Below, in pieces: positions 24,001 through 37,437 of a DNA stretch of 64,000 bases. The stretch's first letter is position 1; each line of letters begins with the position of its first letter. A program made the translations under genes and the position numbers. Under the pieces are notes generated by a model, which was given only the letters and a program-made list of their open reading frames with translations, was not told the DNA's origin and did no database searches. This DNA is from Ostrea edulis (lineage: Eukaryota), in assembly GCF_947568905.1 (NCBI RefSeq), contig NC_079168.1, forward strand, positions 32,736,001-32,800,000. Direction: 5' to 3'.

Positions 24001-24782
24001 ATTAACTGTGACAAGAAGAGAGAAAATGCGACGGACCAGACCGGGATTCCAATCCGGGTACCTTGAATCTCTGGTCAGGTGCTCTATCAGCTAAGCTGGC
24101 TAACCTGTCTGACTCTCACAATACAAAGAAACTTTTCATTTACCCCTTATGTAAACTAGATGTATCAGAGCGACATGAATACCCCGTCTAAAGGCCATAA
24201 CTCTGCTAAAAATTATCCAACTGCCCCATATACATTTTTGACCATGTTGTATTTATATCCCAGATTTCAATTCAAAATTTCCCTGTATGACGGAGATAAT
24301 GAATGGAAACTGAATTGTTAAAAAAAATTCAAAGTTCAAGTGGCTCAACTTTTCCAAAACTTATTTGACTAGAACAAAATATAAACTTGACCTAGATATT
24401 TTCAGGATGTAATTTATAATTATATACCAAATATTATTTCAAAATGTTCATGTATGGCCAAAGTGATAATTAAATGGAGACTTTGAATTGTTTGAAATTT
24501 TCTTGATTCAAGGAGCATAACTGTCAAAAATCATTCAACCAGTAAACCAAACAAATACATGACCTTGATATTCTTATGATGTATCTATATACAAAATTTC
24601 AGTTGAATATGTGCATCTGTCGCAGAGATAATGAATTGAAAACTTAATTATGACAGAAGGGTGGGAATGGGTATATAACTACATATATACACAAATGTAC
24701 ATGATTGTAGGTCAGTCCATTAGACAAAAAGGATGTGTCCTAATTCTCTCCCTAGAAAACAGTGATTAACAAGCCAAAAACA

Positions 24783-25823
24783 ACAAGAGATGTTTGTAAA
24801 ATACATATGCCCCCCATGGTGCAAAATTGAAAAGGGTTACACACACACACATCATTTAATTGAGAGTAGTATCATCAATTCAAAATATTGAGCAGACAAT
24901 ATCTTCTTATGTCAAGAGTGGATTGACCATGTGACCTAAAAATCAATAGGGGCCGTCAACTCCTGAAGATGTACCAGTGTACCAAGTATGATGTCTGTCA
25001 AGCAAAGGATTCTCAAGATATTGAGCAGACAGTATATTCCAATATCCAGTTTCACCCTTGACCTTTGACCATGTGATCTGAAAATCAATAGGGGTCATCT
25101 TCTCCTGAAGATGTACCAGTGTACCAAGTTTGATGTCTGTCAAGGAAAGGGTTCTCAAGATATTGAGCGGACAGTATATTCCTATGTGAGTTTGACCCTT
25201 GACCTTTGACTATGTGACCTCAAAATCAATAGGTGTCATCTCCTGATGATGTACCATTGTACCAAGTTTGATGTCTGTCAAGCACAGGGTTCTCAAGATA
25301 TTGAACAGACAGTATATTCCTATGTCCAGTTTGACCATTAACCTTTGACCATGTGACTTCAAATTCAATAGTGGTAATCTTCTCCTGAAGATGTACCACT
25401 GTACCAAGTTTGATGTCTGTCAAGCTAAGGATTCTTGAGACATTGAGAGGTTAATTTATTCCTATGTCCAGTTTGACCTTTGACCATGTGACCTCAAAAT
25501 CAATATGGGTCATTTACTTCTTACGATGTACCACTGTACCAAGTCTGATGTCTGTCAAGCAAAGGGTTCTCAAGATATTGAGTGGACAGTATGTTCCTAT
25601 GTCCAGATTAGATTGACCCTTGACCTTTAACCTTTTGACCTGAGAAACAATAGGGGACCTCTTCTTTTCATAACCAACCAACATATGAAATATCTTTACG
25701 ATCAAGTGAATGGTTCTCAAGATATTGAGCGGACAACATGTGGTATACCGACCGACCGACCTACCGATCGACCGACCGACAGGTGCAAACCAATATGCCC
25801 CTGTTCTTTGAAGGCGGGCATAA
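24783..25823. mobile_element. Helentron-like non-autonomous element with internal ~140-bp tandem array and (gacc)n microsatellite
   Basis: acaagag..atgcccccc start, ctcaagatattgag recurring every 135-147 bp (~6 copies), atatgcccct..gggcataa hairpin end. Absent at the equivalent site near 50735. Confidence 0.75.
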
Positions 25824-26525
25824 TAAATATGTAATTTGCAGAGTAAGTAATTTTGTAGATTTAGTGTGGTTTTAGTGCTAGTGTTATTTGTGTGTATTAG
25901 TCATTTTATTTCATTTGTCCTGAGGAAGAAACGGGTCGTTTCAAATACAGTAAAACATGGTTGTAGCAAACCTTCAGGGCCAGCCAAAAACAGTTCATTA
26001 TAACCTCGTTATATCCAATGAATTTTTCGTTATTTTCTTATCATAGGGAATAAGTATTACTCCGCAATAAACGTGAATTCGTTATAAACATGTCTTACTG
26101 TACCTCAACAAAATACACAGTTTGAATGTTTCATTGTACAAAAATCTCATCCATATTTTAGAATGACATCTGTAGTTACAAAACAAAGTCTACACTTATA
26201 TTGAAGTTACTTACATTGAACTATCTGTTATATTAAAGTATAAATAAACCCCTGGATAATATATTATATATATAGTTCAACATCGGTTACAATAAACTTT
26301 GGATATAATGAATACTTCAGGTCGTTCCCTGAATATTGATTTATTTAAAGTAGACTGTATTCAAGACAAAATACAAATGTACGTGTCAAACGAACCAATC
26401 AATACCACAGTAATTACAAATAATTCAGGATTCAGATCTCATATCAATTTATAACAGTTTTAATCCGAAAGAAATCTGTCTTTTTCATTAATGTGAGCTT
26501 TACAAATGTTAAAACTATTTCTTAC

Positions 26526-26636
26526 CTTTGAGTTTACCGAGGAATCGGAGGGCCGTTATTTCAGAGTGAGTACAACCTCCCAAGAAATAGACGAGGACAA
26601 CTTTACTGACCGGGCGATCTTGTCGTGCTGATTTAC
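26526..26636 (-). CDS. VPS33B: VPS33B-like penultimate exon, copy B (its terminal exon is deleted)
   Basis: 111 nt, AG/GTAAG intact, encodes ...FLGGCTHSEITALRFLGKLKG; differs from copy E by 1 nt. Confidence 0.8.
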
Positions 26637-27109
26637 CTGTCAAGTCAATAACAAAATTATCACAAATCTACCATGCAATATAACTCTCCTTACCACAAGG
26701 AATATCAGTCCAAGGGAAATGTATTTTACATTTGTTTCTCTTGACAACTTATTCTTATTTGGTATGGTGTACTGTAGATCTGGAAATTCAGAGATGCATT
26801 CCTTTTATAAATAATTGCGATGTAAATGTTTTCCTCCTTTTACATTTTGGTGGATGTTCCTTTCACAAGTTTTCCCAAGAATGGAAATTTTGACATTTTT
26901 ATATTAAATGAAATTTCTTCATCTGCCCTAAAATCCTAAATTACCACATACACAGTGGCAAGGTATAATTGTTGCCGAGTTGGGAGAGGGAATAATGAGG
27001 CAATTTCAAATTTCCTATTTTTCATGTAATACAAAAATAATGAAAGTTGTGTGATATGGGAACGAATACGCGAATATCGTGTACATACAGTCATGTGACA
27101 TTATACATT

Positions 27110-28312
27110 TACACACAGTACTTACATGAGGTACCACACACAGTACATACATGAGGTGCCACACACAGTACATACATGACGTACCACACACACACTACAT
27201 ACATGAGGTACTACACACACACAGTACATACATGAAGTGCCACACACAGTATATACATGAGGTACCACACACACACTACATACATGAGGTGCCACACACA
27301 GTTCATACATGAGGTAACACACACGCAGTACATACATGAGGTATCACACACACAGTACATGCATGAGTTACCACACACAGTACATACATGAGGTATCACA
27401 CACACAGTACATGCATGAGTTACCACACACGGTGCATACATGAGCTACCCTACACACACAGTACATACATGAGTTACCACACACAGTACATACATGAGGT
27501 ACCACACACAGTACATACATGAGGTACCACACACACACTGTACATGCATGAGGTACCACACACAGTGAAAACATGATGTACCACACACACAGTACATGCA
27601 TGAGGTACCACACACAGTACATAATGAGGTACCCCACACACAGTACATAATGAGGTACCACATACAGTACATAATGAGGTACCACATACAGTACATAATG
27701 AGGTACCACACACTGTAAATAATGAGATAACACACACTGTAAATAATGAGGTACAACATTCTAGAATTCTATAATATCATTTAAATTATTGACCTTTATG
27801 TATAAGTGTCATGTGGGCGAAGCGCCATTGTATTGAACAGAACTTTTAACGAAACAGGTACCAAATAAAAAGTTGCGCTCCGCTCAATCTTCTGAGAGTT
27901 GCTACATTGTTCCTTTTAACAGGCGTAAAACTTTCAGTGATAGAAGTTTCGGAACCATTGGTCTGAGACTGTGGAACAGTTTACCGGCTGAAATAAGACA
28001 GTCCAAATCTTTACACACTTTTAAAGCCAAATTGAAAACACATTTGTTTAGACAGTTTTAATGTACATGTTTTTAGTTTAGTATATGTAGAGTGTGTTTG
28101 CATGTATATGATGTATTGTTTATTCTTTTAAAGCTTTTTATATTATGCATGTACAACGCCATTGAATACTTTGTGTAAAATTAGGCGTTAAATCAAATAA
28201 AAACAGTTTCAGTTTTCACACACACAGTACATACATGAGGTGCCACACACACAGTGAATACATGAGGTGCCACACACACAGTGAATACATGAGGTGTCAC
28301 ACATACAATACA
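27110..28312. repeat. Expanded cacacacagtacatacatgaggt minisatellite interrupted by a LINE fragment
   Basis: Roughly 25 or more imperfect copies at 27110-27745, resuming at 28216-28312. Confidence 0.9.
27873..28215 (+). mobile_element. Short 3' fragment of an L2/CR1-like LINE
   Basis: RKTFSDRSF..LWNSLP..IR..FKAKLKTHLF* ORF2 C-terminus, 3' UTR ending aataaaaacagtttcagttt. Confidence 0.75.
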
Positions 28313-28964
28313 TATATGGAATATGCTGAAATTGTCAGGTGGTGTTCAATAATTTCTTCACGCAGCAGTTTTGAAAATTTGAAAATTATGGTTCCGTCCA
28401 CTGATGCATCTCCAGTTATTGTACACCGGTGTTTTATAGAAGGAAAACACCACAGCAATGGTACAAATATAAATACATATATCCATTTCTAGTATGATCT
28501 TAAAATATTATGCAATTTAAATCACACTAGAAATTTGACCTAAATAAACACATAGTGGTTATCACAGTATCGTGGCATTTATTTACACCTAAGGGTAACC
28601 CATGAAAGCTCACGTGCTTATTTCCAATGGTGAATGAACGAATTTTCTTATTAGCCGCTGGTTACTTCTAAACTGAGACATGCAAACATTGTATATGTCT
28701 CTTATATAAATATGCTGAAAACATTGAAAACGAAATTAGAATCTCGAGTATGCATATACAAGTATATACTGAATTAAATAGTAAAACCATCACATACAAT
28801 GATACATCGGTCAAATGGAATATTTTCACAATGGGCTCCTCGTCATCATGTTACATACAGCATAGTCCCATAAATGAGTCATCTTTTATTTATTTTACTA
28901 TATAATTAATTGAAAACCACCACTTTTCTAAATCCTTTTTATAAACTTATCAAGATTCAATTAT

Positions 28965-30930
28965 CTTCAATCTTCAATTATTCAATTACAGAGCTTTGCC
29001 TGTACATCATTGTTCCGGAACCCTCGCAAATAAATTTGGAGATTTTTTTCTCGGATAATATCCAAACCATCAGGGTAAACTTGTGCAATAACAACAGCAT
29101 GAATACTATAGATCCATTCTATGCTGATGTTCAATTTGATGCAGAACGGCTATGCAATTTCAGTTTAGTAACAGAATCTGAAGTTCGCATGATCATCTCA
29201 TCGGCTTCATTAAAATCATGTGAAATTGATCCAATCCCTACAACACTTCTGAAACCCATTTTAGAATCTGTGCTACCTATTTTTGCAGAAATAGTGAACA
29301 AATCTTTGAATGAATGTATATTTCCATCTTCCTTCAAAGAAGCCAATGTACGTCCGTTATTAAAGAAAGCAGGATTGGAGCCAGACTCGTTACGGAACTA
29401 CAGACCTGTCTCAAACCTCTCATTTCTTTCCAAAATTTTGGAAAGAGTGGTATCAGCTCGCATAGGGCACCATATAGATTCAAACAACCTAAATGACGTG
29501 GCCCAGTCTGCATATCGTCCTTGTCACTCAACAGAAACAGCTCTTCTAAGGGTACACCACGATATTGTGACAGCATTGCATAAAGGTTCTTGTGTTGCCT
29601 TGGTGATGCTAGATCTTTCAGCAGCTTTTGATGTTATAGACCATCAAATTCTCATTAAGCGACTGGAGGTATCATTTGGTATTACTGGTGCAGCACTTAC
29701 ATGGATCAAATCTTACTTAATTGGTCGTAGTCAGAAAGTGGTTGTAGGAACTGCAAAGTCTAAGGACTTTCTGCTTCCATATGGAGTGCCCCAAGGGTCA
29801 GTTCTGGGACCAAGACTTTATGCAATGTTTGCAAAACCGATTGGTGAAATCTGCCGCAGACATCATATCATGTATCATTGCTATGCTGACGATACCCAGG
29901 CATACTTAGTTTTTAGACCTACAGATACATGGAATGCTATCTCATCGCGGCTACAGGAATGCTTAGCAGATATAAAATCTTGGATGAACGTCAACCTGCT
30001 GAAATTAAACGAAGAAAAAACTGAATTTATAGTGTTTACTTCGAAACATTCAAACGTTTCACCATCTTTTCAACTGTCTTTTGGAAATACCACTGTTTCC
30101 AACTCGGACTGTGTTCGAAACCTTGGTGTTTTCTTCGACAGTGTACTTTCTTTTAAAAATCATATTAGTTCCATCTCTTGTTCTTGTTATTATCATCTAC
30201 GAAATATTGCACGGATTCGTTCTTTCATCAATGATGACGCCTGCAAGACACTTGTATGTTCTCTTGTGTTATCACGCTTAGACTATGGAAATGCACTATT
30301 TAAAGGGCTACCCCAAACAGATCTGAGCAGGCTACAGACAATCCAAAACTCAGCAGCTCGACTTGTTGCCCGGGTCAGAAAGCATGACCATATATCACTG
30401 CTGCTTGTGTCCTTGCACTGGCTTCCAGTTGATTCCCGTGTTGAATACAAGATTTTACTACACACATACAAGGCACTAAACGGATTGGCACCGGCCTATA
30501 TCATCGACCTCATCACTGTGTACGAACCAAAACGATCTCTGCGTTCATGCAATTCACGATTGCTAGAAAAAACCCGCGTTCGTACAAAGACCTATGAAGA
30601 TCGAAGGTTTGATGTAACAGCTGCCACACTATGGAACAGTTTACCGATAGACATCCGTTCGTGTGGCACTGTCAAAAGTTTTAAGACAAACCTCAAAACA
30701 TCTTTTTAGAAAATCTTATAACCATATTTTGTAATATATTCTTTTTTAAAGTAAAGGCTGGTTTGTCGCATGAACTCGTAATGTTTAAATTGTTTTATTT
30801 TATTTGGATGTTATATTTTATGCTCTGATTAATCTTATCATGTTTTACATTTTACATTTTTAAAGCGCTTAGAGTAATTACAAATTATATAATGCGCTAT
30901 ATAAATGCCGCACATTATTATTATTATTAT
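28965..30930 (+). mobile_element. 5'-truncated L2/CR1-like LINE with uninterrupted RT frame (stop at 30709)
   Basis: NYRPVSNLSFLSKILE, DLSAAFD, GVPQGSVLGP and YADD motifs; (att)n tail. Empty site caatta(t/g)agtaac at ~7125 and ~52482. Confidence 0.9.
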
Positions 30931-31247
30931 AGTAACCTTTACACCATTAACAACACTTGTAAATATCTACAGATTGTGGTTTCAGTGTCTTACCCACTTA
31001 CTAGTAACAACTGTACACATATTATATGAATGTAAGAACACCACACTCAAGGTTTTCAAAAGGTTATATAAAGAAATGGAATGCTAAAACTTAATGTTAA
31101 AGTTTCTTTGGTCATATTTCTGCAATTTAGTTGGTAAAAGAACTCAGAATGATTGTTCAAACAAAGGATATTTTTCAATTTAGCACAAAACATGAAAGTT
31201 GACTCATTTTATGGCACTACGCTGTACATTTACAGTCCCTATATTTT

Positions 31248-31658
31248 CAGGGGCGGATCCATGAATTGCGGTTACGGGGGACGCCACTTTATGAGGCAGG
31301 GGGTCTGGAGGCCGCTATGAGACCCCAGTGGGTCTTATAGATCTGGATTTTAAAGATTTTATAGGACTTGAAATATGTCTCCTATTTTAGTCATCTGTAA
31401 TATTTTCTATCCTTTTTTATAAGGTGGAATTAATAAAATTACGCAAATTTTAGGGTTTTTCGAAAGAATTAAGTTTTTCCAATCAAGTAATTCAAGAAAT
31501 CAACAGATTTTGTCATTTATTTCTCCGGGAGTGGAAGAAATTATTGCTTCTTTTATCGTTTAGTACATTTTTCTAAACAAGATACCACGATTTACCTTAA
31601 ATTTGAAAATTTTAGGGGGAGGCACCGACTCCCCCCTCCCCCCTTAAATTCGCCACTG
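31248..31658. mobile_element. MITE with CAG(G/T)GGCG termini
   Basis: caggggcggat...aattcgccactg; absent from sister promoters (cctatattgtctg). Confidence 0.7.
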
Positions 31659-31856
31659 ATTGTCTGTTCTTCGGTTTTTAATAGCGTTTTTTCCTCAGTA
31701 AAACTTATTTTATCCCATGAATTTTTTCGGGCAGGTTTTTTTTTTTTTTTTGGTTTTTTTTTGCGTTTTCACCTTTGTATCATCTTTGCTAGACAAGGGT
31801 TTTCGGTCCACTCCGCTCCCTATAAAACCCTTGGCTAGCGAAGATGCCTTTGTACA

Positions 31857-33294
31857 GGTTACTGACTACTAATTTTACCCCTATTTCATTGCAGTAGTCT
31901 GAAGTTCCTCTTTGTTCTTATATACAGCAAGATTACGACTTTTAAGTTAAAAGTTCCACCATTTGGAAACAACTTCTCCCTCACAAACAAGGGAATATGT
32001 TGCACACATTGAACAGTCTCCAGTATAGCACAGATCAGTGGCCTCAAGGACTTTAGGTAAGAAATCATTCATCTTCTGCAGGTCTCTGTCAAACTTGTTC
32101 CAAGGAGCCATGTTTTTCTTAAACATGTTGGTGAGTAGAGTAGTAGTACTTCTTTTGGCAGATTCAGACATTGATACCTTGAATTCTCTTAGCTCACCTA
32201 TATTTATACTTAATGTTTGGTAATCTTAGAATGGCATCTTGCACATATCTATGACAGTTTTAATGTGACCAGGCATAACCCAGCATGACCAGTAAGTGTC
32301 ACATCCTGATAATGGCTGATGTGGTCCTGTTTGCTTATCTGCTTACAGCTAAGGGATTACATGTAATCTATTTTCATTGACTTTTACTGTTGTTTTTTAC
32401 AGCTAATATAATGCAGAATTTCTAAATATTTTTTCTTATGTAAATTTCCATCGTTAAATATTTTATTTTAGACATTTTTAAAGAAACTTTACCATATTTG
32501 GGGTTAACTTTTCAAAAATATCTTAAGAATATATATATCTACATTATTGATCAAAGATGTTATCCTAATTAAGTAAAGGGGATATGTATACAATATATAA
32601 AAATAATTGGTAAGAAATATATTGCAGCATATGTCATATGTGAGCATTTCAAAATGGTGTATTGTGTGTCTGATGCTTATTCCATCCTCTGTTTTAGGAG
32701 AATCCAACTCATCACTTCAAAGGGCCATAACTCTGCTGTTGAGAGTACCAATCCAATGAAACTTTATAGGGATGTTTAGTATGACTGCAGGAGTTTCTGT
32801 GCCGAGTTTCATGAAAATCAATCAAACAAGGTTTATGTCTTTATTAGGTTACAGACTACTAATTTTACCCCTATTTCATTGACCACGCAAGTATAGTGCC
32901 TGTTTATAAATGGAGGTTTTTTCTTTAAAATTCTTGGGGATGTATGTGGGGTGGATTTGTGTTATTATAGGACATGGATGGAAAGAAGAGGGTCTGAATT
33001 TTTAAAAAATATAATAATGGGAAATTCTGCTCTTAAGTGTGTAGTAGGAAGGGTGTAAATAGGCCATTGTTTACCTGCTTCTCAAAGGGAAAGGGAAATA
33101 TGCAGGGTAGGGGTTACTTGCGGTGTCATAACAGGACTTGTGTGCGGTGGATTTTCCTGAGATTCACAAATATTTTTGGACTTGAACTGCTCTAAGTCTG
33201 TACCAAATTTCTGGTAAGTTGAGGCGGTGGAATTTTTATATTAATTTTTATGTTATAAAGGAATGTATAGCAAAATAATTGGTAGTCTGTGTCC
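31857..33294. mobile_element. Unclassified DNA element inserted in the putative exon 1 of the 34910 TRIM gene
   Basis: taca direct repeats, imperfect TIR (ggttactgactactaatt / reverse complement ggacacagactaccaatt), left end repeated internally at ~32845. Minus-strand fragment CYTGDCSMC..SLVC may be a transposase remnant. Confidence 0.6.
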
Positions 33295-33400
33295 TACAGT
33301 CCAAAATGTGAGTGCAAGAAACGATAACTCTGGGTAGAGACTAGCTACCGTGAATAATTACATCGGGTTCAAAATTACAAATCGATTTCAAACACCTGAG

Positions 33401-34852
33401 GGTAAGCGGTAAATGCAGTACGGCCGAAACCTGAATGCCGAAAGCCGAGAGTCCCGGATAGCGATTTTTTCGAGTTTTCTCTCTTAATAATTGATAGAAT
33501 GACATCAAACTTATTATGATAACTGTTTGTGACCTATTAAACAAAAATCATATAACTTTTTTCTGGGAATCCTGTAAAGAAGATAATGAACCAGAGTTTT
33601 CGGATACCAAAAAGCGGTAAATCTAGTACGTTTTATAAATGCCGAAACCCGAACACGGTCGCCGGTCTTTTGATCTACCGAAAGTCCGCGTTTTAGCATT
33701 ATAGACAATATTGAATTAGACTGAGTTCTAGATATCTACGGTAACTTAAATAAATCGCAATTGCATATATGGTGCATTTATTTGTGCATTTTATTGTATC
33801 ACCCTACATATTATTTATAATTATACATGTGTAGTTCAGACACTTTTTTGCAATATATCAATCCACTTTGATATATATACCCTATAAATAGTGTGCTTCT
33901 TTTTAAACTTCGGTTGTTGAAGCATATTCGTTACTGAATTAATTGAATAATTTTATAATTTAATTATTATTTTGATGCAGTGTAGGCTACTAATGCATAC
34001 GAAGTGTGATTTAAAGTAATCATATGTACATGTAATTTATATGTAATTCATCGAAGAAGAACGACAAATTTTAATATTATCATTCTATCTTCAAGACGAT
34101 TAACGACTGTACTATCATATTTCCCTTTTCTTTCTTAATCAAAATGACAAAATATTGTAAAAGCACACTTTTGGGGTTACATTATTTACTTTACTTTCTT
34201 TAATTTATTAAATTACTTTATTTAATTTCTTTACTTTCGGAGTTTAAATTTTTATTCAAAATAACATGAATGGGTGAATGGGGAACCTTCGCGTGGTTAG
34301 AGCTGGGAAACGGAATCAATGGTTAATGTTGTAATCATGACTAATTACCGACAGACATCCTCAACTATCGTTTTCCATGTAAGCGTACGCTGTTTAGGTA
34401 CGACTTTACCAAACTAAGGAGATCTACTTGTTCCGATTAAAACAAGAATACAATTACAAAATACAGCAGTTTTTATTATTCTGTGTTGTGAAATAATGAT
34501 AGAAAGATGAAATGTAGTCTTAATCAATAACATTTGCATGAATATGATTACTTAAAACCCAGTATTTACAAGGGGCTGTGGGAATCGGTCAGTGTCTTCG
34601 ACCGTGTTTGGGTTCCGACATTTATAAAACGTACTAGATTTACCGCTTTTTGGCAGGTGAGAACTCTGGTTTGGTATTTTTGTAAAAGAATTCTCAGAAA
34701 AAAAATTATGCTCTTTATGTACCTAAGTTACAAACAGTAACCTCTGCAAATTAAATGTTATTACATGCAGCATTAAGAGAGAAAACTCGAAAAAATCGCT
34801 ATCCGGGACTTTCGGCATTCGGGTTTCGGCCGTACTACATTTACCGCTTACC
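33401..34852. mobile_element. MULE (Mutator)-like non-autonomous element
   Basis: Perfect 9-bp TSD acacctgag, GG...CC termini and ~250-bp TIRs. Confidence 0.85.
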
Positions 34853-34909
34853 ACACCTGAGGCTCAACTTTCGTTTTGATTTCGTACTAAAGGATAGATC
34901 TAGGACATT

Positions 34910-36775
34910 ATGGCCACTGTCACTTCAAACATCCATTGTGATTTGACAGTCTGTTCTATTTATTTGGAACATTACAAATCACCAAGGTATTTACCGTGCA
35001 CACACACTTTCTGTCATCCGTGTCTACTGTCACACATCAAGTCGTCGTGTGCGGACTGCAGTCTACCGCTCGGATTTTCATGTCCGCTGTGTCGAACGTT
35101 CGTCTCCGCGCCTGGTAATGTTGGCCAGTTCACTCCAGAAGAATGGGCAGGCAGATTTCCAGAAAACCGATTTATGAGCTCTGTTGCAAATCAATGCGAG
35201 CCTTGTGACATTGATGGAGACGACAAACCTGCTAGTGGTTGGTGCAGAGACTGCTCCGAGGCCTTGTGCGAGGAGTGTCTTCAGTGGCACAAAAAATTCA
35301 AACCTTCTAGAAATCATGAAATAGTTCCTCTCACTGAAGGGGCTATTCCTTCTACTTCTACCCCATTACTGGACATGTGCGAGGATCATGAGGGGCGAAA
35401 AATTGAAATGTTTTGTGAAAGTCATCTCGCACCATGTTGTGTCCTCTGTGTTACAACAGAACACGGTAAATGTAAAAGCATTTGTTCGATAGAGGAAGCG
35501 ACCGATAAAGTAATAAAACCTGGGAAAGTAAAACGCTTGCGAGATGATGTCGATCGACTTGAAGTCATGTTAGAAAAGGTTATTACTGAAGAGAAAGCCA
35601 ACATCCAAGATATCGAAGATGTAGCTGACAAGTTAGGGGAAGAAATTTCGGGAGCGAAAGCAGCCATTATTGAAACTGTAACAAAGCTGGAGGAACAACA
35701 TTTAAACGAAGTAGGAAAGGCAACTAAAGATGCTAAAGCAAAACTTCAAAAATCAATCAACACTTTCGAACAGAGGCAATGTTATCTTCGCCACTGGAAA
35801 GAAATACTCGGGAAAAATTTATTCACTGATGGGTCATCAAAAACAATTGTCGCATTGTCTTATACCAAAATGGAACGTATATTTCAAACTTTGAAAGAAA
35901 TGGAAATGTCTCAGCTCAGATTTGGAATTCAAGCCAAGATACAAGATGACGGTAAGAAATTGATGAAGTTACCTTTCCTTGCAGATATTACCACGAATGA
36001 ACACAAAAGCCCTGTAATGCTAGATGAAATTGATATAGAAAATGCTGAAATCAAAGCGATTTCTGAATTTACGATTGATGGTGCTGATTTTACAGGAGGG
36101 GTTTATCTCCAGAATGGGGAATTAGTACTGGCCGATAATAAAAACAAGAGACTTATTCACTGTAAAACAGATGGGGAGATTCTGAGAGAGGTGTCTCTGC
36201 AAGGTTCTCCATGGGACATTTGTGTCAACGAAGAAAATGATATTTATGTAACAATTCCTAAAGAAAAGAAAATTTTAGTAATTAGTATTGATACATTCAA
36301 CACAACAAAAACTGTTGAAGTTGATATTAAGTGCCATGGAATAGCACAGTCAGGCGACACTATAGCAATAGCTGGTTTAACTATTCTAGATATATTAAGC
36401 ACGGATTTTCGAAAATGTAGGAGTTTAAGGAATTTACAAGGTATGTACGATGTAGCAGTAGATATGGGGGAAAATATCATTTATTCGAGTGACACCACAC
36501 ACAATGTATGGAAACAAGACAGAGAAGGAAATGCCTTGTTCACATACAGAGATACAGAATTACAATATCCATATGGATTAACAGTGGACAGGGTTGGAAA
36601 TGTATATGTGAATGGTAACCTCAGCAACAATATACACATACTCTCACAGACTGGTAAAAAGTTAAGAATTCTTAATGACGTGAAGAAGCCACAGTGTATT
36701 AAATTCCAGAAGACGTACAGATTCTTTGTTGGTGAGGCAGGGGGACGGGTGAAAATATTTGAATTTGTTGTATGA
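34910..36775 (+). CDS. TRIM array member with RING Zn-ligand substitution (CSIY)
   Basis: 621-aa intact ATG ORF with all domains; second RING Cys is Tyr (TAT). Confidence 0.88.
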   Translation: MATVTSNIHCDLTVCSIYLEHYKSPRYLPCTHTFCHPCLLSHIKSSCADCSLPLGFSCPLCRTFVSAPGNVGQFTPEEWAGRFPENRFMSSVANQCEPCDIDGDDKPASGWCRDCSEALCEECLQWHKKFKPSRNHEIVPLTEGAIPSTSTPLLDMCEDHEGRKIEMFCESHLAPCCVLCVTTEHGKCKSICSIEEATDKVIKPGKVKRLRDDVDRLEVMLEKVITEEKANIQDIEDVADKLGEEISGAKAAIIETVTKLEEQHLNEVGKATKDAKAKLQKSINTFEQRQCYLRHWKEILGKNLFTDGSSKTIVALSYTKMERIFQTLKEMEMSQLRFGIQAKIQDDGKKLMKLPFLADITTNEHKSPVMLDEIDIENAEIKAISEFTIDGADFTGGVYLQNGELVLADNKNKRLIHCKTDGEILREVSLQGSPWDICVNEENDIYVTIPKEKKILVISIDTFNTTKTVEVDIKCHGIAQSGDTIAIAGLTILDILSTDFRKCRSLRNLQGMYDVAVDMGENIIYSSDTTHNVWKQDREGNALFTYRDTELQYPYGLTVDRVGNVYVNGNLSNNIHILSQTGKKLRILNDVKKPQCIKFQKTYRFFVGEAGGRVKIFEFVV

Positions 36776-37437
36776 GGTTATTACCTGATTGCTGAATTGA
36801 AAGTCGAAGGTCTCCTTCTGAATTTTTGTCTGAAGTCAAAAGACACAAAAACATGCACCTTTCTTTCTTCTTTCAATTGATCATACTGTATGTACTCATT
36901 ATAGCCTCCTAAATGATCCTATATATGGAGTATAAAACGGAAATGAAATTATACACAAAATGTTCTTACTTTCATTTTAATGAGGTGATAAAAGTTTATC
37001 TCGGAAGTACGTGTGAATATAAGGAATTTAGCTGCCCCCACCCCAGGTGACCTATTGCTATAATGCTATTATTCTGCGTCCATCATCAATTGCGTGCCAA
37101 CATTTAAACAATTTGAACTTCTTGATAGCTACCCTTCCAATTCTTTTGAAATTTGTATATGAAGCACCTTTGGAATAGGGTACATGGCATAAGCTGTAAA
37201 TTTTAGGGTCCTACACCTTCGGAGCCCTTAGGAGCAGGGCAAAAACAGTCAAATATCGACCAATATTCCCAAATCTTATCTACAACTGCACAGGTGTAAG
37301 AAGAACTGCATAATCATGCAGGGCAGGAATTCGAGACCTCTACTAAAATTGTAAATTTCATGATCTCTGGGGTAGAGGTTCTGACTTCAGGGCGGGGGCA
37401 AATAAAATAGAACCAACTAATCCTTTACATCTTCCTC

